DNA of 64,000 nucleotides from a virus (IMGVR_UViG_3300024346_000005); one strand, 5' to 3'. Shown: positions 6,616 through 16,907, counted from the stretch's first letter. Translations and numbers: made by a program. The notes: generated by a model not told the origin, from the sequence alone.

Positions 6616-6653
6616 AAAGAGGAGTTGCATAAACTCCTCTTTTTTGCTATAAT
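6616..6653 (+). terminator. terminator fused with a promoter for the glycan island
   Basis: AAAGAGGAGTT/AACTCCTCTTT hairpin plus T run; TTGCAT (6625-6630), 17 nt, TATAAT (6648-6653). Confidence 0.75.
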
Positions 6654-6675
6654 TACTCTATTATATAAAAAATAT

Positions 6676-7473
6676 ATGCTTGCTAATGATGATTTGGGGA
6701 ATCTGGGTAGACTTGGAAACCAGATGTTTCAATATACTTCTCTTCGTGGTCTTGCTGCAAAGCACGGATATGAGTATTGTCTTCCTCCAAGAGAAGTAGT
6801 AGCAACACGGGATCCTAATGTCTTTAATTCAGATATCACTATGTTTGAGTGTTTTAAGATTCCAGAAGCACCAAAATATGTAACAAACTTCCCGAAAATA
6901 ACAGAATCATGTTTTGAATTGGATCAAAACTTATGGAATAATTGTCCTGATAATATCAGTCTTTATGGATATTTTCAGACTGAAAAATACTTCAAACACA
7001 TTGAAGAAGATATTCGCACCGCATTTACTTTTGTTGATGAAATAAAAGAACCAACACAAGAATCCTTCAAATCAAATTTTGGTGATACTGAAGTAGTGTC
7101 TCTCCATGTGCGTAGGGGAGATTATTTAAAATATTCTCATCATCCGGTCCAGTCTTTAGAATATTATTCTCAAGGACTCTCTCATATGCCAGAAGATATC
7201 CCAATAATGATTTTCTCTGATGAAATTGAATGGTGTAAAGAACAAGAATTGTTTCAAGAAGATCGTTTTATTTTCTCAGAAGGGAATAGTACTGGAGTAG
7301 ATCTTTGCTTGATGTCTCTATGTTCTTATGCTATAATTGTAAATAGTTCTTTTAGTTGGTGGGGTTCGTGGTTAGCAAACAGTAAAAAAACTGTAGCACC
7401 TAAAAATTGGTTTGGGATGCCGTTATCACATGACACTAAGGATCTGTATCGCCAAGGATGGATTGTAATTTGA
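6676..7473 (+). CDS. GT11 alpha-1,2-fucosyltransferase-like protein
   Basis: GRLGNQMFQY, GYFQTEKYF, SLHVRRGDY, NSSFSWWG motifs; start moved to ATG 6676 because the longer track ORF runs through the ncRNA. Confidence 0.9.
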   Translation: MLANDDLGNLGRLGNQMFQYTSLRGLAAKHGYEYCLPPREVVATRDPNVFNSDITMFECFKIPEAPKYVTNFPKITESCFELDQNLWNNCPDNISLYGYFQTEKYFKHIEEDIRTAFTFVDEIKEPTQESFKSNFGDTEVVSLHVRRGDYLKYSHHPVQSLEYYSQGLSHMPEDIPIMIFSDEIEWCKEQELFQEDRFIFSEGNSTGVDLCLMSLCSYAIIVNSSFSWWGSWLANSKKTVAPKNWFGMPLSHDTKDLYRQGWIVI

Positions 7474-7499
7474 AAAATAAGTATTGAAAAAATTTCACT

Positions 7500-8162
7500 A
7501 TGAAAGTCAACATTCCAAGCGTAATATATTTTCACATAGCTACCATTGGAAAATATCAAGAAATTTTTGATGAAATTTATTCACAAATACTAGAATCTAA
7601 TCTAATTAATGAAGTTAAATTGATAAATCTTTGCATTGTTGGTGATGGTGAATTGATCTTTCCCTCACATAAAAAAATTAAAATTTATAAAGATCCTTAT
7701 ATTGAGTCTGGAGAATTTTTTACTTTAAATTTAATCAAAACATTTTCAGATTCGGTGAATGAAAAGTATGGAATTTTATACCTCCACACAAAAGGAGTAA
7801 CGACTCCAGATAATTTGTGTATTGATGATTGGCGTCAGTATATGACTTATTTCAACGTCAATCAATATCAGAAGTGTTTTGATATGTTGGATGAGTATGA
7901 TTCTTGTGGTGTTGATTTGGTAAGTGAACCAGCGACTCATTATTCTGGAAATTTTTGGTGGGCAAATTCTTCATATATTAAACAACTTCCAACTATAGAT
8001 GAAATTAAGTTTCCAAAGATTCCTCCCATACTATCCATAAGGCACAACTGCGAATTTTGGATTGGTATGGGCAATGGTAAATTAAAAAGTCTTTGGAACT
8101 CATATATAAATGTATATGAAAGACATCTTCATAGATACGATACAATGGAGTATAAAAAATGA
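7500..8162 (+). CDS. putative glycan-modifying protein, uncharacterised
   Basis: LYLHTKGVT...WRQYM...HYSGNFWWANSSYI; located in the glycan island. Confidence 0.6.
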   Translation: MKVNIPSVIYFHIATIGKYQEIFDEIYSQILESNLINEVKLINLCIVGDGELIFPSHKKIKIYKDPYIESGEFFTLNLIKTFSDSVNEKYGILYLHTKGVTTPDNLCIDDWRQYMTYFNVNQYQKCFDMLDEYDSCGVDLVSEPATHYSGNFWWANSSYIKQLPTIDEIKFPKIPPILSIRHNCEFWIGMGNGKLKSLWNSYINVYERHLHRYDTMEYKK

Positions 8163-8764
8163 AATTGGTTGAAATTTTGAATAAATTTAATTTAGATTCT
8201 GACTTCTTAAATGAAGGTTATACTGAAGGAGGAACTGATAAAAATAGTTATCATAGCTACATTGAAAATTTTTATGAAAAGGAATTTGAACCTTATAAAG
8301 AAAGTAAAATTGATTTATTGGAAATTGGAATAGAAACTGGTGGTTCCTTAAAACTGTGGAAAGAGTATTTTTTAAATTCCAAATCTGTTGTTGGAGTTGA
8401 TATATCGGATGAAAAAATAGATCAAAGATATAAAAATATTGATGGCATAATCATGCATTTTGGTGATGCATATGATGAAAAGTTTTCTAAAAAATTCAAA
8501 CAATTTGATATTATTATTGATGATGGTCCTCATACTTTGGAAAGTCAATTAAAATCTATTAAATTTTATTTGCCGAAATTGAAGCAAAATGGACTTTTTA
8601 TAATTGAAGATATTCAAAGTGTAGAGCATTTTGATATTTTAATTGATAAATCTAAAGAAGTTTGCGAATCTATTGATAATCAAGTTGAGTATTGTGTTGA
8701 ATGTATTGATTTACGTGATAAGAAAGGTAGGTGGGACGATCTAATATTTTTAATCAGGAGTTAA
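8159..8764 (+). CDS. class I SAM-dependent methyltransferase
   Basis: LLEIGIETGGSL, VGVDI, FDIIIDDGPH, GLFIIEDI. Confidence 0.85.
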   Translation: MKLVEILNKFNLDSDFLNEGYTEGGTDKNSYHSYIENFYEKEFEPYKESKIDLLEIGIETGGSLKLWKEYFLNSKSVVGVDISDEKIDQRYKNIDGIIMHFGDAYDEKFSKKFKQFDIIIDDGPHTLESQLKSIKFYLPKLKQNGLFIIEDIQSVEHFDILIDKSKEVCESIDNQVEYCVECIDLRDKKGRWDDLIFLIRS

Positions 8765-8782
8765 ATACCCTACAAAAAAATT

Positions 8783-9487
8783 ATGTCATTTCAATTAATT
8801 GTAGAAACTTTAAGAAATAAAAAAGGAATAGAGTTTGGTGGACCAACTGGACTTTTTAGTGTGCCAGAACATAACCTACACTTATATCCTCATGTAAATC
8901 TTGATGGTGGTAATATATTGAATAATAATTATTTTCAATCCAATATAGGGTCAAATTTTACCTATTCCGAAAAAATTGGAAAGCAATTTGACATTGATTG
9001 TACAAATGAAAAACAACTTTCTTTGTCGGAAAGATATGATTTTATAGTTACCTCTCATGCTATAGAGCATTTTGCCAATCCTATCAATACTTTAAATTTG
9101 TGGAAAAAATATGTTTTAAAACCTGATGGGTATGTTTTATCCATCATACCTAATAAAGATTTTTGTTTTGATAGGAAAAGACCATTAACAACCTTAGAGC
9201 ATTTAATTTCAGACTATAAAAAAAATATTGGTGAAAATGATACAACCCATATTGAAGAACAAAAAAAATTACATGATTGGAGTGCTGGTGGACTTGTTAA
9301 TTTTTATGAACTATGTGAAATAAATTATCTTACAAGAGTTGTACATCACCACACTTTTAATATAGAATTGGTAGAGAAAATGTTTTCATACTCCGGATTT
9401 GAAAATATTGTTTCTTATATACATAATTTTTATGGTACACCATTAAATATCGTAAACCTATCAATGGTAAAAAATGATAACTATTAA
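8783..9487 (+). CDS. SAM-dependent methyltransferase-like protein
   Basis: GIEFGGP, YDFIVTSHAIEHFANPI...LKPDG. Confidence 0.8.
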   Translation: MSFQLIVETLRNKKGIEFGGPTGLFSVPEHNLHLYPHVNLDGGNILNNNYFQSNIGSNFTYSEKIGKQFDIDCTNEKQLSLSERYDFIVTSHAIEHFANPINTLNLWKKYVLKPDGYVLSIIPNKDFCFDRKRPLTTLEHLISDYKKNIGENDTTHIEEQKKLHDWSAGGLVNFYELCEINYLTRVVHHHTFNIELVEKMFSYSGFENIVSYIHNFYGTPLNIVNLSMVKNDNY

Positions 9488-10436
9488 TTATCTTGCTCAT
9501 GATCGTTCCAATAATTTTTGGAATATTACAAAACATTTTCTTAATTTAATCAAAGAACAAAATAAATCAAAAATTAGAGTTAATATTCTTACAACTCATA
9601 ATGCTGATTTTGAAATACTTGATGGTATAGAAACAAATATAGTTTCATTTAATTCCGGATATAACTATATGTCAAAAATACAATATGCCGTTTCCCAAAA
9701 TACAGAATATTCTGTAAAATTAGATGAAGATTGCTTTATTGGTAATCATGTATGGGATTATATGATTGAAAATGTTGATATTTTAGAATCTGATGATAAT
9801 TTCATTCTAGCACCATTACTTTCAAACAATATTCCTTTGGTGGATGAATTTATAGAATCTTTTATTACTGATGAATTTATTAAAAATGAAATCTATTCTT
9901 ATTTCTTAAAAAGAGATATGCCAAATGGACTTTGGGGTGTAGACTATTCTCCTCTTAATGAATATACACTTCAAGCATCATCTTGGAATCCTTCTGCTTT
10001 TTATGAAGGTGTTAGTCGAATAGATCATTATTATAAAGGGATTCATCCTATTCGTATTTGTGCAGAATCGCAAGTTATCTTAAATGATTATATTGTAGAT
10101 AACTTTGATAAAATAATTGATAAGCAAGATTACTCTATTGAAGAATTTAATCGTCCTTATTATACAAATAGTGTTTTTCTTGTTAAAACTAAGGATTGGA
10201 AAAGTTTTCTTAATATGTCTGGAGGTGATGCTTTTGATGAAGTTGCATTTAATAGTTTTAAAAATACATTTAATAAAAAGACTTTCTACATCAAGAATGG
10301 ATTTTCAATTCATTTGACTTATAATACTATTCATAATTCCAATCATAATGTGTGGGGTATTGGTATGATTGATGGTCTTGATTATGAAACTAATTTGCTT
10401 AAAAAAATTCATTATAAATTAGGTTATCAACAATAA
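9474..10436 (+). CDS. hypothetical, probable GT-A fold glycosyltransferase
   Basis: YSVKLDEDCF DxD-like motif; glycan island. Confidence 0.55.
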   Translation: MITINYLAHDRSNNFWNITKHFLNLIKEQNKSKIRVNILTTHNADFEILDGIETNIVSFNSGYNYMSKIQYAVSQNTEYSVKLDEDCFIGNHVWDYMIENVDILESDDNFILAPLLSNNIPLVDEFIESFITDEFIKNEIYSYFLKRDMPNGLWGVDYSPLNEYTLQASSWNPSAFYEGVSRIDHYYKGIHPIRICAESQVILNDYIVDNFDKIIDKQDYSIEEFNRPYYTNSVFLVKTKDWKSFLNMSGGDAFDEVAFNSFKNTFNKKTFYIKNGFSIHLTYNTIHNSNHNVWGIGMIDGLDYETNLLKKIHYKLGYQQ

Positions 10437-11311
10437 TGAAATTAAAATCAAACAAAGTTGCCTTTGTTATTCCGGTTTATCCTCCTCATTATGGGTATTT
10501 AAATTTTCTTGATAGTCTCCCAAATGACTTGGATTTTGATATCTACTTTATTCTTTCTTATAATGAAGATTTAGATATTTTAAAGTCATGTAATTTGAAT
10601 CAAATATATAATACTATAGTATTAGAAGAAAAATTTAATCGTAATTTTATTTCTAATATTGTCAATTCTAATACAATAATTACTTTTAAAAAATATTATG
10701 CTATAAACATGCTGAAGAATAGATATGAATACATTGCAGCAGTTGATTCTGAAATTGAATTTGTATCTATAGATAATGTATATGAAAAATTTAAACAGTA
10801 TTGTGATAAAAAGAAAATTTTTGGAGCATCCTTAAATGAAAATAGGTTAGAAATAGCAAAGGATATAATGGGGCATCCTTCAAAATTTTTTGATCAAAAT
10901 AATGAAGAATTAAAAAATAAAACGTGTGGTTTGACTCATTATTTTTGGTTTTCTGATATTCCAATTTATGATACTAAAATTGCTTCAGAATTCTTTGAAT
11001 TTATAAATTTTGAAAATTATGAAACATTTGTAAATAAGTTAACTTGGTGGGTATTTGATTACATACCGTACATTTATTATTGTGTTCTTTATAAAGGTTA
11101 TGACTTAATTAATTTAAAAGAGTATGGTATTATGAGGAATTGGAGTATGGAATCAATGCCTATTGAAACTTATTTTGAAATAAATGAAAAATTTTCATAT
11201 AAACCATTGTGGTTGATACATGACGTATATAATGAAAATAAGCATCAAATAAAAAAAGATGATATAATTATGACATACCATAGAAATGACGGTCGAGCTG
11301 TCTACTTATAA
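10436..11311 (+). CDS. hypothetical, probable glycosyltransferase
   Basis: YIAAVDSEIEF; glycan island. Confidence 0.5.
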   Translation: MKLKSNKVAFVIPVYPPHYGYLNFLDSLPNDLDFDIYFILSYNEDLDILKSCNLNQIYNTIVLEEKFNRNFISNIVNSNTIITFKKYYAINMLKNRYEYIAAVDSEIEFVSIDNVYEKFKQYCDKKKIFGASLNENRLEIAKDIMGHPSKFFDQNNEELKNKTCGLTHYFWFSDIPIYDTKIASEFFEFINFENYETFVNKLTWWVFDYIPYIYYCVLYKGYDLINLKEYGIMRNWSMESMPIETYFEINEKFSYKPLWLIHDVYNENKHQIKKDDIIMTYHRNDGRAVYL

Positions 11312-11327
11312 ATGATTGGTAATTTGT

Positions 11328-12698
11328 ATGAATAAGTTAGTAATTTTTGACCTCGATGGGGTTTTAATAGATAGTAGAGAAATGCACTATGAGGCACTCA
11401 ATTGTGCTCTTGAAAATGTAGATAAGAAGTATATTGTCAATCGTGATGAGCATCTAAGTCTCTATGATGGTCTCCCTACTTCTCGTAAGTTGGCAATGCT
11501 GACCGAGAAGAAGAGTCTTCCTGTAGATACTCATCAACAGATTTGGGAAGATAAGCAGAGAGCAACCTTTGAGATCTTTTCAAAGTTAAAGAATGACTTT
11601 GAACTGATGCTCTACTTTAGAAGACTCAAAGATGAAGGGTTTCAAATTTGCGTAGCTAGTAATAGTATTCGTAATACGGTTAAATTGGTTCTACTAAAAT
11701 TGGGAGTATTGGAGTTTGTTGATTACTATGTCAGCAATGAAGATGTAGTCCGTAACAAACCATTTCCTGAGATGTACTGGAAGTGTATGACTGCTTGTAA
11801 TGCTCTTCCTAAGGACACTGTAATTTTTGAAGATAGTCATATTGGAAGGCAGGGTGCTCTGGATAGTAAGGCACATCTAATTCCTATTGAGAACCGTCAG
11901 CATATGACCGAGAAAAAGATTGAAGAAGCAATTGATATTTTGACGCAAACAACGGTAAGTCATATTCCTTGGAAGTCTGATAAGATGAATGTTCTTATTC
12001 CTATGGCAGGTGCTGGTAGTCGCTTTGCGAATGCTGGATATACCTTCCCCAAACCACTGATTGAAGTGGATGGTAAACCAATGATTCAGGTTGTTGTTGA
12101 GAACCTTAACATCGAAGCAAACTATACTTTTATTGTTCAGAAGGATCACTATGAAAAGTATAGTCTTCAATATCTCCTAAACCTGATTGCCCCTAACTGC
12201 AATATCGTTCAGGTGGATGGTCTTACCGAAGGTGCTGCCTGCACTACTCTGCTTGCCAAAGAGTTCATCGATAATGATGCTCCATTGGTAATGGCAAACT
12301 CTGACCAGTTTGTAGAGTGGAATAGTAACGAGTGCCTGTATGCCTTTAATGCAGATGGTATTGATGGTGGTATCGTTAGCTTCAAGGCAACTCATCCTAA
12401 GTGGTCTTATGCCAAGGTTGGTGATGATGGTTTTGTATCAGAGGTTGCGGAGAAGAAACCAATCAGTGATAATGCAACAGTCGGTATCTATTTCTGGAAG
12501 AAAGGTTCTGACTATGTAAAATATGCTGAACAGATGATTGAGAAGAATGTCAGAACCAATGGTGAGTTCTATGTCTGCCCAGTCTTCAATGAAGCAATTG
12601 GTGATGGTAAGAAAGTTCGTATCAAAGATATTGAAAGAATGTGGGGCATTGGAACTCCTGAAGATCTAAATTATTTCTTGGAGCACTATAAAGGATGA
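11328..12698 (+). CDS. HAD-family phosphatase fused to a sugar-nucleotidyltransferase-like domain
   Basis: N-terminal IFDLDGVLIDS, KPFPEMY, FEDSHIG; C-terminal LIPMAGAGSRF...PKPLIEVDGKPMI, WSYAK, GIGTPEDL. Confidence 0.88.
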   Translation: MNKLVIFDLDGVLIDSREMHYEALNCALENVDKKYIVNRDEHLSLYDGLPTSRKLAMLTEKKSLPVDTHQQIWEDKQRATFEIFSKLKNDFELMLYFRRLKDEGFQICVASNSIRNTVKLVLLKLGVLEFVDYYVSNEDVVRNKPFPEMYWKCMTACNALPKDTVIFEDSHIGRQGALDSKAHLIPIENRQHMTEKKIEEAIDILTQTTVSHIPWKSDKMNVLIPMAGAGSRFANAGYTFPKPLIEVDGKPMIQVVVENLNIEANYTFIVQKDHYEKYSLQYLLNLIAPNCNIVQVDGLTEGAACTTLLAKEFIDNDAPLVMANSDQFVEWNSNECLYAFNADGIDGGIVSFKATHPKWSYAKVGDDGFVSEVAEKKPISDNATVGIYFWKKGSDYVKYAEQMIEKNVRTNGEFYVCPVFNEAIGDGKKVRIKDIERMWGIGTPEDLNYFLEHYKG

Positions 12699-13168
12699 AA
12701 CTGATTGCTCATCGTGGAAATACTGATGGTCCAAATCCAATTAGAGAAAACAGTGTTGATTATATTGAAAAAGCAATTTCTGAAGGATTTGATGTTGAAA
12801 TTGATTTGAGAGTTGAAGATAATGAATATTATCTTGGTCATGATGATCCTCAATATTTTGTAACTATTGAATGGTTGAGAAAATATAAGGATGTTCTTTG
12901 GATTCACTGTAAAAACCCAGAAGCACTTGAAAAAATGTTAAGTTCTACAATAGAATTTAATTACTTTTGGCATGAAAATGATTGCTATACAATCACCAGT
13001 AAAAGTATTGGATGGATTTATCCCGGAAAAGAATATGTATTTAAATCAGTTATTGTTATGCCAGAATGGAATATCTCAGTAGATGATATTTTTAAAATTG
13101 CTCAGCAGAAGTGTTTTGGAATATGTTCAGATTATGTAAAAAAAATAAATTATCATGAGTATTGCTAA
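12695..13168 (+). CDS. glycerophosphodiester phosphodiesterase-like protein
   Basis: IAHRGN...ENS...GFDVEIDL...LGHD; ATGA-coupled to the HAD/NTase gene. Confidence 0.8.
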   Translation: MKLIAHRGNTDGPNPIRENSVDYIEKAISEGFDVEIDLRVEDNEYYLGHDDPQYFVTIEWLRKYKDVLWIHCKNPEALEKMLSSTIEFNYFWHENDCYTITSKSIGWIYPGKEYVFKSVIVMPEWNISVDDIFKIAQQKCFGICSDYVKKINYHEYC

Positions 13169-13881
13169 TGAAATTCACTTTTGGAATAATTACTTCCGGT
13201 ATTGATGATCGAATTGGTAGGATTATTGATAGTATTGAATCTTTAAATATTCCCAAGTATGAGATTATTATCGTTGGAAATTGTAATTTAAAAAGAACTA
13301 ATACTAGGATAATTCCTTTTGACGAAGATATAAAATCGAAATGGATTACCAAAAAGAAAAATATAATAACACAACTTGCTACATATGAAAATATAGTGTA
13401 TTTGCATGATTATTTTTATTTTAATCCGGACTGGTATGATGGGTGGTTAAAGTATGGTGACGATTATAAAGTTTGTATGAATCGTATTTTAAACCTCGAT
13501 GGAACTAGATATCGTGATTGGGTTTTGTGGGTTTGTAATGGTAATGATACTGATATACCTGTTCCGGGGCATCATCCAATTGATGATTTAGTTGCAGAAT
13601 ATAGAGGTGCTTTAATACCATATGATATGATCCACCTTTCAAAATATATGTATTTTTCTGGTGCTTATTGGGTTGGAAAAAGGGATGTTATGTTAGAATT
13701 TCCATTAGATGAAACTCTTATCTGGGGTCAGGGGGAGGATGTAAAATGGTCTAAAGAAATACGAAAAAAATATAATTTTTCTATGAATCCATATTCTACA
13801 GTGCAACTAATGGTTCAAAAAGATAGAGCATTTGAAGAAAGTAAAAGTGAAATGATTAAAAAACTAAAAATTATTATTTAA
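13168..13881 (+). CDS. GT-A fold glycosyltransferase
   Basis: FGIITSG...YEIIIVG, IVYLHDY, WGQGEDVKW. Confidence 0.7.
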   Translation: MKFTFGIITSGIDDRIGRIIDSIESLNIPKYEIIIVGNCNLKRTNTRIIPFDEDIKSKWITKKKNIITQLATYENIVYLHDYFYFNPDWYDGWLKYGDDYKVCMNRILNLDGTRYRDWVLWVCNGNDTDIPVPGHHPIDDLVAEYRGALIPYDMIHLSKYMYFSGAYWVGKRDVMLEFPLDETLIWGQGEDVKWSKEIRKKYNFSMNPYSTVQLMVQKDRAFEESKSEMIKKLKIII

Positions 13882-13885
13882 AAAA

Positions 13886-14695
13886 ATGAAAAATAAATTT
13901 AATCTTATTGGAGATACATTTAGTCATACGACAGGTGGGCATACTGGTTATTCTGTGCATGGAAAGATATCCAATTACATAGAGTGGGTACATGACTTGT
14001 CCGCTGATGATACAATGTATGTTGATCGATATATTTTTAATGCAATGCATGATAATATTCTTGGCAACAAATATGGGTGGCTGATGGAATCTAAATCATT
14101 AGATTATCAAAGAGGAATTGTAGGTGAAATAAAAAGGAATAAAGATGAGTATTTTAAAGTATTTAAATATATTTTTACACATGATAAGGAACTCCTATCA
14201 TTAGATAGTAGATTCAAGTGGTGTCCTGCTCAAGGATTTTGGATTGAAGATTATAAATTACATCAAAAATCTAAAATGATTTCTTTCATTACATCAAATA
14301 AAAATTTTACCGAAGGGCACAAAAAAAGATTGGAATGGGTTGAAATGCTAGGAGATCAAGTTGATATTTATGGTAGGGGATTTAATGAGATAGATAATAA
14401 GGAGCAAGGATTGTGTGATTATATGTTTTCAGTTGTTGTGGAGAACGGTTTTTATGAATCGTATTTCACAGAAAAAATTCTTGATTGTTTTGCGACAGGT
14501 ACAATACCTGTTTATATGGGATCTCCAGATATTTGCAATTATTTTAACTGTGATGGTATAATAAAATTATCTGAAGAATTTGACATATCAGAGGAAATAT
14601 ATTATAATAAAATTGATGCAATAACAGAAAATTTCAAAAAAGTCAAACAATATGAAATTCTTGAAGACTTCATTTATTTAAATTATTTAAGGTAA
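13886..14695 (+). CDS. GT10-like fucosyltransferase
   Basis: YMFSVVVENGFYESYFTEKILDCFATGTIPVYMG matches the GT10 donor-binding motif. Confidence 0.75.
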   Translation: MKNKFNLIGDTFSHTTGGHTGYSVHGKISNYIEWVHDLSADDTMYVDRYIFNAMHDNILGNKYGWLMESKSLDYQRGIVGEIKRNKDEYFKVFKYIFTHDKELLSLDSRFKWCPAQGFWIEDYKLHQKSKMISFITSNKNFTEGHKKRLEWVEMLGDQVDIYGRGFNEIDNKEQGLCDYMFSVVVENGFYESYFTEKILDCFATGTIPVYMGSPDICNYFNCDGIIKLSEEFDISEEIYYNKIDAITENFKKVKQYEILEDFIYLNYLR

Positions 14696-14701
14696 AAATT
14701 T

Positions 14702-15487
14702 ATGGATACTAATTATGGGTGGGATATTGATTCCAAAGATAGTGGAGAATATATTAATACTTGTAAAAAAATTATTGAAGATTCTAATATATTTGATAAT
14801 TTTAAATCGTCCAAAGAATATAATGTTATTCTGGAGCATGTTCATTATGAATTGGGATTACAATATTATGATCATATTCAAAAAGTTGGCAAAGAAATCT
14901 ATGACAAATATTTGAATAAATTTTTAGAAAATGATCAAATAGGAAATCCAAATCAATTTTTCTATGGGGACGGTAAAATATCACCGACCACTCTTAGATA
15001 TATTAAAAATTGTTTAGATTTATCTTTTCTTTGTGATGATCAAAGTGTATCTAAAATTGTTGAAGTTGGTGGTGGGTATGGTGGTTTGTGTAAAACTTTG
15101 AGCGTTCTATGTAACTTTAATGAGTATTTAAATATTGATCTTCCCGAAACAGTATTGCTTCAAGAAAAATACTTAAAAAATTTCTCTGAAATATACCCAA
15201 AAATTAAATTCGTTCCCTGTAATGAATTGGAGGATATTTCTAATATTGATCTTTTTATTAGTAATTATTCTCTCTCCGAACTTACGATTGAAACTCAACT
15301 AAATTATTACAATAAAATTATTAAAAATAGTAAAATAATTTATATTACATACAATTTGATTACCAATGATTCCATGAATAATTATAATATTCTCATATCA
15401 AAATTGAAAGATGATGGGTTTAAACTTGAAGATAATTATTTTGATTATGGCAGTCATAAAAATACAATAATAGTTGGAAAAAAATGA
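14702..15487 (+). CDS. putative sugar O-methyltransferase
   Basis: SPTTLRYIK, IVEVGGGYGGLC, DLFISNYSLSEL. Confidence 0.8.
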   Translation: MDTNYGWDIDSKDSGEYINTCKKIIEDSNIFDNFKSSKEYNVILEHVHYELGLQYYDHIQKVGKEIYDKYLNKFLENDQIGNPNQFFYGDGKISPTTLRYIKNCLDLSFLCDDQSVSKIVEVGGGYGGLCKTLSVLCNFNEYLNIDLPETVLLQEKYLKNFSEIYPKIKFVPCNELEDISNIDLFISNYSLSELTIETQLNYYNKIIKNSKIIYITYNLITNDSMNNYNILISKLKDDGFKLEDNYFDYGSHKNTIIVGKK

Positions 15488-16200
15488 AAATCTGTATTCT
15501 TACTATTGCAACAAACAAATACATTCAGTTTGTTGAAAGACTTCTTGATGATATTGAGAAAAACTTTCTTGATGGTCATGATATTCAATGCCTTCTTTTT
15601 ACTGATCATGAAGTAGAAACTTCTGATAATGTAAAGGTTTCTCAAATAGGGCATAAACCTTGGCCAGAACCTGCTCTTAAAAAATATAACTATATTAATT
15701 CAGAATCAGAATATCTGAAAGATTTTGACTATCTTTATTTGTTTGATGCCGATGTTGGTATTGTTAACACTGTTGGTGAAGAGGTATTGCAAGATCTTGT
15801 TGGGGTTCTTCACCCATATAAGATTTTGGAATCAAAGAAAATATATCCATACGAAAAACGAAAAGAATCTACGGCATATGTTTCTGACCAAAATTATGAT
15901 AAGTATTATGCTGCCGCATTTGTTGGTGGAAAGTCTTCCATATTTTTAAAGATGGCAAAGACTATTGCTGAAAGAGTTGAAGAAGATGATAGAAATGGTA
16001 TTATAGCAAAGTGGCATGATGAGAGTCATTTGAACAAATACTTTAATGAGAATCCTCCAACTGCATTGTCTCCAAGTTATATGTTTCCAGAAGAACTCAT
16101 CAATCATCCCCAATATCCATTTGAACCAAAAATAGTTGCTTTGAAAAAAGAAAGTTCTTTTAATCAAGAAAAAATTCAAATGGGACAGTATCCAGTATGA
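15484..16200 (+). CDS. GT6 (ABO/histo-blood-group transferase-like) glycosyltransferase
   Basis: IATNKYIQF, LLFTD, FDAD, YYAAAFVGG, KWHDESHLNKYF. Confidence 0.9.
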   Translation: MKICILTIATNKYIQFVERLLDDIEKNFLDGHDIQCLLFTDHEVETSDNVKVSQIGHKPWPEPALKKYNYINSESEYLKDFDYLYLFDADVGIVNTVGEEVLQDLVGVLHPYKILESKKIYPYEKRKESTAYVSDQNYDKYYAAAFVGGKSSIFLKMAKTIAERVEEDDRNGIIAKWHDESHLNKYFNENPPTALSPSYMFPEELINHPQYPFEPKIVALKKESSFNQEKIQMGQYPV

Positions 16201-16907
16201 AAATTGATTTGAGAAAAATTCCTGCTGTTTATATGAATCTCAAACAGCACGAAGAAAAAAATGAGAAGATGCAAACACTTCTTGATAAATGTGGTTTTGA
16301 GACTAGAATTAAAGTTGAGGGTAATTATAGACCAGACAATCCTCCGGCAGGATGTGCTGGTGCTCACTATATTGGGTTATGTGAAATTGATCCTCCATTT
16401 GTTTTGTTTGAGGATGATTGCCTTTTATATAACTTTGAACCTATCATAGAAGTTCCTGATGATGCAGATGCTGTTTATCTTGGAACATCACAGTGGGCAA
16501 GATACTTCTCTTTTTCTGGACCTTTCGTTCATTATGATATTGTTGATGACAATATCGTTAGGGTCTACAATATGCTTAGTGGACATGCTATATTGTATTT
16601 GACTCAAGAATATGTTAGAATGTGTCAAAGAATATCACACCATGCTTCTGAAGTCATTGGATATAATCAAGATACTGGGTTTGCTGAAGTTCAAAAATAT
16701 TTTAATATCTATTCTGTAAACAATCCTTTCTTTAAACAGAGTGGATATAATAATGCAGTTACTAGTTGTAAAGTAACAGATATTGGAATTCATGTGAGTG
16801 ATGCTCAAAGATTTTTTGATAGTGTTAAATGTGACCTTTCTAGATTGCAAGGTGTACCCGATTTAAGTGGGGCTCCAAGTACATATCATCCATTAAAAAT
16901 TGTATAA
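16197..16907 (+). CDS. GT25-like glycosyltransferase
   Basis: YMNL..., GCAGAH, VLFEDDC. Confidence 0.65.
   Translation: MKIDLRKIPAVYMNLKQHEEKNEKMQTLLDKCGFETRIKVEGNYRPDNPPAGCAGAHYIGLCEIDPPFVLFEDDCLLYNFEPIIEVPDDADAVYLGTSQWARYFSFSGPFVHYDIVDDNIVRVYNMLSGHAILYLTQEYVRMCQRISHHASEVIGYNQDTGFAEVQKYFNIYSVNNPFFKQSGYNNAVTSCKVTDIGIHVSDAQRFFDSVKCDLSRLQGVPDLSGAPSTYHPLKIV

Noticed and set aside
6538-6675. N-terminal extension of the GT11 ORF
   Set aside because: Runs through the manA-like RNA and a terminator; family homology starts at ATG 6676.
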